This document shows positions 58,608 to 64,000 of a stretch of 64,000 nt of DNA, piece after piece. The position numbers and the translations under genes were made by a program. The stretch's first letter is position 1; each line of letters opens with the position of its first letter. The DNA lies in the IMG/VR virus record IMGVR_UViG_3300045597_000172; one strand, given 5' to 3'. This DNA is from a virus (Duplodnaviria; Heunggongvirae; Uroviricota; Caudoviricetes). The notes beneath the pieces are model-generated. The model was not told the origin of the DNA, did not search any database, and saw nothing but the letters and a program-made list of their open reading frames with translations.

Positions 58608-59048
58608 ATGTATCGAGAAATCAAAGGAAATCTGTTTGCCGCGAGGTCTGGTTGGGTGTTTGCTCATTGTATTAGTCAAGACGCCGCAATGGGTGCCGGC
58701 ATCGCTTTGCAGTTTCGTCAACGTTATCCAAAAATGCCGCAGTATGTACGCGAGTCCGTGACAAATTATCCAAGCATTGTTCGTTACGTTGAAGACGGTC
58801 GCGTCATCTATAATCTCGTGACGAAAGCTCGTTACTATAACAAACCATCCCGTCGCGATTTCGCAAAGGCAGTCGAACTGTTATTTGCTGATTTGGTCAA
58901 ACATGGCGAGACGAAAATTGTGATGCCGTTAATCGGAGCTGGCTTAGATCAGTTACCGTGGGCAGTTACGAGAAATCAGCTCGAAGCACTGAGTAATAAA
59001 TATCACTTGAACGTAGTCGTTGTCTACCTGAAAAATAAACCGTGGTGA
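58608..59048 (+). CDS. Macrodomain ADP-ribose glycohydrolase (Poa1p/TARG1/DarG-like)
   Basis: IKGNLF...AHCISQDAAMGAGIALQF...YNLVTK...VMPLIGAGLDQLPW. Confidence 0.85.
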   Translation: MYREIKGNLFAARSGWVFAHCISQDAAMGAGIALQFRQRYPKMPQYVRESVTNYPSIVRYVEDGRVIYNLVTKARYYNKPSRRDFAKAVELLFADLVKHGETKIVMPLIGAGLDQLPWAVTRNQLEALSNKYHLNVVVVYLKNKPW

Positions 59049-59057
59049 TCACGCGAC

Positions 59058-59091
59058 GAATCCTGCAAGTAACTTGCGGGGTTCTTTTTTT
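59058..59091 (+). terminator. Intrinsic terminator closing the small-gene block
   Basis: GAATCCTGCAAG/CTTGCGGGGTTC plus T7. Confidence 0.8.
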
Positions 59092-59265
59092 AATCGAGGT
59101 TCGTTGACGTACCGTTTACTTGGCCGGATTAACAAAACGTGATCTCGTTACGAAGTCTGGCACGCAACTGAACTGTACTCGCGGAGAATATCGAAACGTG
59201 TTACTTGTCCGTAACGAAACGGCCGGGGTTTGCGTGGAGATACTCGATTAGTTGCTCACCCCGAA
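59091..59265. ncRNA. Candidate pseudoknotted structured element (RNA or ssDNA)
   Basis: Four 5-8 bp helices, one crossing two others, in GC-richer intergenic DNA. Confidence 0.45.
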
Positions 59266-59569
59266 ATACAGTACGACACGGAACAGAAAGAGCATAAGAG
59301 ATTACGTAAAAATACCCGTCTTAATCACGCATATTACCGTATCGATTTCAGAACGTCAATTTAATGATATATCATCGAATTGACAAAATATTTTCAAAAT
59401 AGCAAGAAACGTAATAAATATCCAAAATTAGCATATAGTCAATTTTATGAGGAATATCAAGGGTTAAACGTGGTTTTACCAAAATCGTAGAATACCTAGA
59501 TTATCAACTAAAAATAAAAAAAGTCTTCTCAATTAAGAGAAAACTTTTCATTAAACTGTTACTTAAACA

Positions 59570-59935
59570 TTACAAATTGTCATTACCAGTTGGTTTATCA
59601 AACGACGACACTTCTTTTTCCGTTTCGTGTAATTTTTGGTTACGAGCTTTCAATTTATTCGACAACGCAACCAACTCTTCTGGCGACAATTTCAACATTG
59701 CTGTTGCTAAAATTTCGTTTTGTTTCTGATCAATTACCGATGTTACTGAATGCCGAAATGCACCACGAAATTTACCAATTTTACGGTCAAGTTCTTCGAC
59801 GTTATCATAAATTTTATCAAGTTGATCAATCGAATCAACATCTGTTGGTAATTTCAATTCTCGATCATTTAGATAGTCATAAACATCATCAATCTTTTTC
59901 GTAATCTGCTTGAAATTAAAAACTTTATTAGCCAC
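59570..59935 (-). CDS. Small coiled-coil protein
   Basis: GTG start follows GAGAGGAG. Confidence 0.7.
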   Translation of the reverse strand: MANKVFNFKQITKKIDDVYDYLNDRELKLPTDVDSIDQLDKIYDNVEELDRKIGKFRGAFRHSVTSVIDQKQNEILATAMLKLSPEELVALSNKLKARNQKLHETEKEVSSFDKPTGNDNL

Positions 59936-59952
59936 TATAACCACTCCTCTTT

Positions 59953-61182
59953 TTATTTCTTTTCAATCTGCTTAAAATGCTTAGGTGAACTTACGGAAGA
60001 CTGTTTCAAAATCGAACGTTCCTGTTTACGAATCTTGTATAACTGTGTGTATTGCGTAACATAAATATCACGTTTAAGTGTCTTAATTTGTGACCACGCT
60101 GTTTGTAAATTAGTCCATTGTGTAGATGGATTTGATTGCGTTGTCCCGTTCGGATTATCAGACGAAGACGAAGAACTTGAGCTACTACTATTGTTATTTG
60201 CATCATCCGTAGTTGTACCATCAGCATTCTTTAAACTATCCGCAAACTTAACGGAATCCTGATCATTATCAGACGACGAATCAGGTTGATAAGATAACGC
60301 TGATTTACCATTAGCAGTCTTACCTGTTTCCAAATTAACAGCATCAAATGGACGCCACGAAGACTTCATCCAATTTGGTTCATTCGGAACATCATACCCT
60401 TCTGATTTAAGACGTTCTACTAATGCTGTTGCCGCATTCTTATAAGTATCAATTTGCTTATTATCTTTAGCAATTTGTTTATGAATTGTCTTAATATCAG
60501 TTGAACCGAACATCTCTTCATAAATGGTTTGAACTTGTGATGTTTGAGCATCTAATCGATCATGTTTTTTAACCTCAATCGCACCCGGATTAACTTTAAA
60601 AGCAGCAACATCATACTTACCAAATTCACTAGAAGTACCGTTATTTTCAATCGTAGAATCAGCATCTGCTTCATCGACAGTTGATACTTTTTTATTATTC
60701 AAAATAAATAATGCAAGGGGTTCATTTGTGATTTTTTTATTACTCTTTAAGACAATTACCGCACGTCCATTAGAGCCATACATAATCATTTGTCCACGAA
60801 CTTTATAAGACATTTGCTTACCAGTAGACGCACCAACATACACTTTGTAATTGTTAGCGTGAATCCCAACATTATCCGTAGAATTAAACGTGATTGGAAT
60901 AAATGCAGTCTTACCATTCGTTGATAAATGCGTCTTACCTAACGTCAAAGTCGTTGAAGAAGTCTTAGAAAATGTTGCAGTCGAGCCTGACTGATCAACC
61001 GTCATTAATGTTTCATATTGTTGATGATTATAATGCATTTGAGAATAACCAAACCCACCGATTAATAACACGACCGACGCCGCCATCCAGACAGATTGTC
61101 GTTCAATCACGTGATGCGGATCAAAGATTGACGTGACATTATTTTTAAGTTTACCAGTACTCTTTTTATCTTTCTTTACCAC
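59953..61182 (-). CDS. Membrane-anchored extracellular protein
   Basis: N-terminal TM, beta-rich domain, coiled coil, Ser-rich linker. GTG follows GGGAGG. Confidence 0.75.
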   Translation of the reverse strand: MVKKDKKSTGKLKNNVTSIFDPHHVIERQSVWMAASVVLLIGGFGYSQMHYNHQQYETLMTVDQSGSTATFSKTSSTTLTLGKTHLSTNGKTAFIPITFNSTDNVGIHANNYKVYVGASTGKQMSYKVRGQMIMYGSNGRAVIVLKSNKKITNEPLALFILNNKKVSTVDEADADSTIENNGTSSEFGKYDVAAFKVNPGAIEVKKHDRLDAQTSQVQTIYEEMFGSTDIKTIHKQIAKDNKQIDTYKNAATALVERLKSEGYDVPNEPNWMKSSWRPFDAVNLETGKTANGKSALSYQPDSSSDNDQDSVKFADSLKNADGTTTDDANNNSSSSSSSSSSDNPNGTTQSNPSTQWTNLQTAWSQIKTLKRDIYVTQYTQLYKIRKQERSILKQSSVSSPKHFKQIEKK

Positions 61183-61357
61183 GAGGTTTACCTCCCTTTA
61201 TTAAAATACTCATTTAGTATACCACCGTATCAGCCCTTTATCTACAACGTAAAGCGCCAAAGGCGCTTTTTTTATCACTTGTATAGAAAATCATCATGAT
61301 TTATCAACACCCGTATATCACACAATCGCCCTATTACGGGTGATACAAAAAAGACAT

Positions 61358-61410
61358 CTCTATGACCACTAAAACCCATTGAAGTCATAAAGAGGTCATG
61401 ATATAATGAC
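61358..61410 (+). promoter_or_regulatory. polB promoter with four GTCAT/ATGAC boxes
   Basis: TTGAAG-17-TATAAT (61379-61407, TGn). Boxes at 61362, 61384, 61395, 61406. Confidence 0.65.
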
Positions 61411-61469
61411 TTATGAGAGGTAAATTAATCACCTCAACATCACCTAAAACACAAGAAAGGATGCTTCGT

Positions 61470-64000
61470 ATGTCAATTTACAAACCCGATGATCTTGGAT
61501 TTGACTTGGAAATTCGAAAAAATATTTTTGTAGACTCTCACATATATCCCGCAAAAAAGAAAATAATCGTCTCATTTCTCGAACAATTAGATGAAACCGA
61601 TTATGTACCTAAAGACGAAACGATTAATATTGAAAAATCCGAAGATGAACCAACGACTAATCCAATTATTAACGAACAAGATACATCTCGTCTAAATATT
61701 GCTGTTGCAACTAAACAAGACGAAAAAAACGATCCAATCTGGCATCAAGGATTTTTACAACGCTATTACGATAATGGCCCGGATGATTATAAAGTAGAAT
61801 CAATATCCGAGAATCTTGAAAAAATTGCAAAGCATATCAAAAATGTCGTTTCTCACGTTCGTGATTACGATATTGAATTCGAAAATTTAGCTATCCAAAA
61901 AGACTTCTTGAAGTTCAGCAAACGATACGGTATTAACGATAATCAACATGTCAGAAACAATACCGAAGGCAAAAAATTATTTGGCAGTGCCCGTGTCGTC
62001 TACGATACTGATGACGAATTTGATCCAGAAAAACACGGCCTAAGAATCGGTTACAACACCAGCAATTATGATGAAACTATGATTGCCCACTATATTGGTG
62101 ATTTATATTTCAGTCGTGTATTCGATGGCCATAATTTCAACGAATCAAATGATCCAAACAAAGTATTTTACGAAACCGTAATTAATCAAAATAACGGAAG
62201 CGTAGAAAACATTTCCGCAGAAAGTCTTACTGACTTTAATAGCCAATTGTTTACAGCTGATCGTATGCCAAACGTGCTTGGACGACCTTGGGAAGCACCA
62301 GAAGATTCCGTGAGTGGTATTGCAACATATCAATCATGGGAACGTTCAAATCGCTACGTAGATGTCGCAAAACTCAATCCGAAATTCATTTCATTAAAAC
62401 GATGCGCAATGGCTCTCGGTTATAAAATTCAAGAATCAGATACAAACCGTGACCCAACTAGTCCATTAAAGACTTTCAAAGACTTTGCTGATCTAATCGC
62501 ATACAACGTTAACGATATTTATGTAACATTGAAAATATTTGAATCCGGTCCGTACTATAATCGTTACTTACAAAACACACAGCTTTTAAAAGAATTTCCA
62601 TACATGGTTTACGCACAAACAAAAGATGCTGCTGACGGAATAACCAAGAAAAAAATCATGTACGAAACTGGACAGGATAAAATACGTAAGCGTCGATTAA
62701 CTACTAATGACACATCAACAAAATTTGTCGAAACTGCTATTGCACCCTATCCAAATACAAAAATAAAAGATAATCCAACGTTAAACTTGAATTACCCAGA
62801 TCAAAAAATTGCAACCGAACTTGAAAAACAGCATAAGCTGCCTAAAATTTTTCATGGAAAATCAAGAAATGCCTTAGACATAATTCAAGAACTTCTTGAC
62901 ATTGAAAAAGCAAAAGTACCCGAAGACGTTGCAGTAAAAGTTCAAAAACAATATGACAAAATCAAGCAATTTTACGGATCGTTCATTGGAAAAAACTTTA
63001 ACGACGATTTAGTCGTTGGAAAAGATACCAATGTTGATTGCACTAAGCCATCCGATATGGATGTTAAAAGCGTTGTCGTCAAATATGTTACTAAAAACGG
63101 TACATATACAGACAACCATGGTAATGGTCTTGCATCATACGTAAACATTTCAATTGGCGGTACGCATGGAGTAGAAGTTCTACAACACGAATACGAAAAA
63201 GATTTAGATGCATATTACAATGAAATTTCATATTTCGAAAAAGCAATCGATTTTCTAAATGATTCCGGTGATTTTGACGAAGAAGTAACAATGGATAATC
63301 TAGCACAATGCATCACTAAATTACTACCAGACGAACCGTTTACTCATGTGAAACGACTTTCGTTACCGTTTGCACCATCAAAAACCTTTGGCGATTTACT
63401 GCTGAAATCAGCATCCCGGAAAAAGCCAAAGCTGAAAAATGTCAAGAAACCAAACCTATTTGAGACTAAAGATGGAAAAAAGAAATTAAAGGATAAATAT
63501 TCCTATACGAGTTCCGATGGTTGTGATCATGAAGATTTTGACTCTTACTACCCTGCTCTAATTTCACAGCTTGCAATCTTTAGAAATGTCGATGGTGATG
63601 ATGTATTTACAACTGATCTGTATCATCCACGCTTAAAAATTAAAAAATTAGCAAAAGATAAAACCATTGAAGCTGTAAAACGTGCAAAATACATGTTACG
63701 CCAGTTATCAATGAAACTGTTAATCAATGCGGCTTCCGGTGGTGGTGATGCAACATTTACATCAAACATCAAATGTAACAATAAAATGTTAGCTATGAGA
63801 ATTATCGGACAGCTATTCTGCTGGTATATCGGACAAACTCTTGCATTGCATGATGCTCGTATTCCATCAACCAATACCGATGGTTTATACTCAATGAATC
63901 TCGAACAAGATTTAAACGATAACCTAGTTGTTGGTTGTGCCAAAAACTTGTTACTAAAAATAGATCCCGAAGATGTTCAATTATTCGTATCAAAAGATGC
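61470..64000 (+). CDS. polB: Family B DNA polymerase with 3'-5' exonuclease, truncated by window edge (not in ORF track)
   Basis: Translated by hand, open for 843 codons. Exo motifs FDLE, GYNTSNYD, YNVND. Pol motifs SIGGTHG, DFDSYYP, KLLINAASG, STNTDG, SKD. Confidence 0.85.
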   Translation, partial: MSIYKPDDLGFDLEIRKNIFVDSHIYPAKKKIIVSFLEQLDETDYVPKDETINIEKSEDEPTTNPIINEQDTSRLNIAVATKQDEKNDPIWHQGFLQRYYDNGPDDYKVESISENLEKIAKHIKNVVSHVRDYDIEFENLAIQKDFLKFSKRYGINDNQHVRNNTEGKKLFGSARVVYDTDDEFDPEKHGLRIGYNTSNYDETMIAHYIGDLYFSRVFDGHNFNESNDPNKVFYETVINQNNGSVENISAESLTDFNSQLFTADRMPNVLGRPWEAPEDSVSGIATYQSWERSNRYVDVAKLNPKFISLKRCAMALGYKIQESDTNRDPTSPLKTFKDFADLIAYNVNDIYVTLKIFESGPYYNRYLQNTQLLKEFPYMVYAQTKDAADGITKKKIMYETGQDKIRKRRLTTNDTSTKFVETAIAPYPNTKIKDNPTLNLNYPDQKIATELEKQHKLPKIFHGKSRNALDIIQELLDIEKAKVPEDVAVKVQKQYDKIKQFYGSFIGKNFNDDLVVGKDTNVDCTKPSDMDVKSVVVKYVTKNGTYTDNHGNGLASYVNISIGGTHGVEVLQHEYEKDLDAYYNEISYFEKAIDFLNDSGDFDEEVTMDNLAQCITKLLPDEPFTHVKRLSLPFAPSKTFGDLLLKSASRKKPKLKNVKKPNLFETKDGKKKLKDKYSYTSSDGCDHEDFDSYYPALISQLAIFRNVDGDDVFTTDLYHPRLKIKKLAKDKTIEAVKRAKYMLRQLSMKLLINAASGGGDATFTSNIKCNNKMLAMRIIGQLFCWYIGQTLALHDARIPSTNTDGLYSMNLEQDLNDNLVVGCAKNLLLKIDPEDVQLFVSKD

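Larger units (their letters stand above)
1..64000. mobile_element. Segment of a large extrachromosomal element (megaplasmid or plasmid/phage-like replicon) of a lactic acid bacterium
   Basis: Carries its own PolB, SSB, topoisomerase IA, HU and dUTPase plus many small orphan ORFs. No chromosomal housekeeping operons and no virion genes seen. Element type is inferred. Confidence 0.7.

Noticed and set aside
62145-63993. Minus-strand ORFs listed in the track over the last 2 kb
   Set aside because: Antisense to the continuous polB frame, which has clear catalytic motifs.
1-64000. Intact prophage or complete conjugation system
   Set aside because: No capsid, portal, terminase, tail, lysin, integrase, relaxase, VirB4 or VirD4 recognised. 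They could lie outside the window.

Overview
AT-rich, gene-dense DNA that looks like part of a large extrachromosomal element (megaplasmid or plasmid/phage-like replicon) of a lactic acid bacterium, probably Lactobacillaceae. This is inferred from a lactobacillus-type SecA and HU and a WxL surface cluster. There are no rRNA or housekeeping operons, and no capsid, terminase, tail, relaxase or integrase gene in the window. Recognisable cargo: WxL (csc-like) surface genes, a TPM protein, dUTPase, YopX-like protein, HU, a stand-alone SecA, two AP2-domain proteins, a beta-helix/AAA+ fusion, a GIY-YIG (T5orf172-like) protein, type IA topoisomerase, a probable SSB, an ATP-grasp protein, a macrodomain, and a family B DNA polymerase that runs off the right edge and is missing from the ORF track. 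The most unusual content is non-coding. (1) A 2.1 kb array of two interleaved short motifs around an AT-rich core (25.7-27.8 kb). (2) A duplicated, hairpin-rich locus at the strand switch (44.0-45.7 kb). (3) A block of 28 co-oriented small genes (45.8-59.0 kb) punctuated by four copies of one hairpin and two anticodon-less tRNA-like elements, ending next to a pseudoknotted element. (4) One 31-bp promoter/operator reused four times, plus a partial fifth copy, one of which drives a tandem ribbon-helix-helix regulator. (5) Several candidate sRNAs. A five-gene cassette of low-complexity proteins, three with a shared C-terminal motif, is also notable. All family assignments come from motif recognition by eye and all RNA structures were paired by hand. 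No database search or folding program was run.
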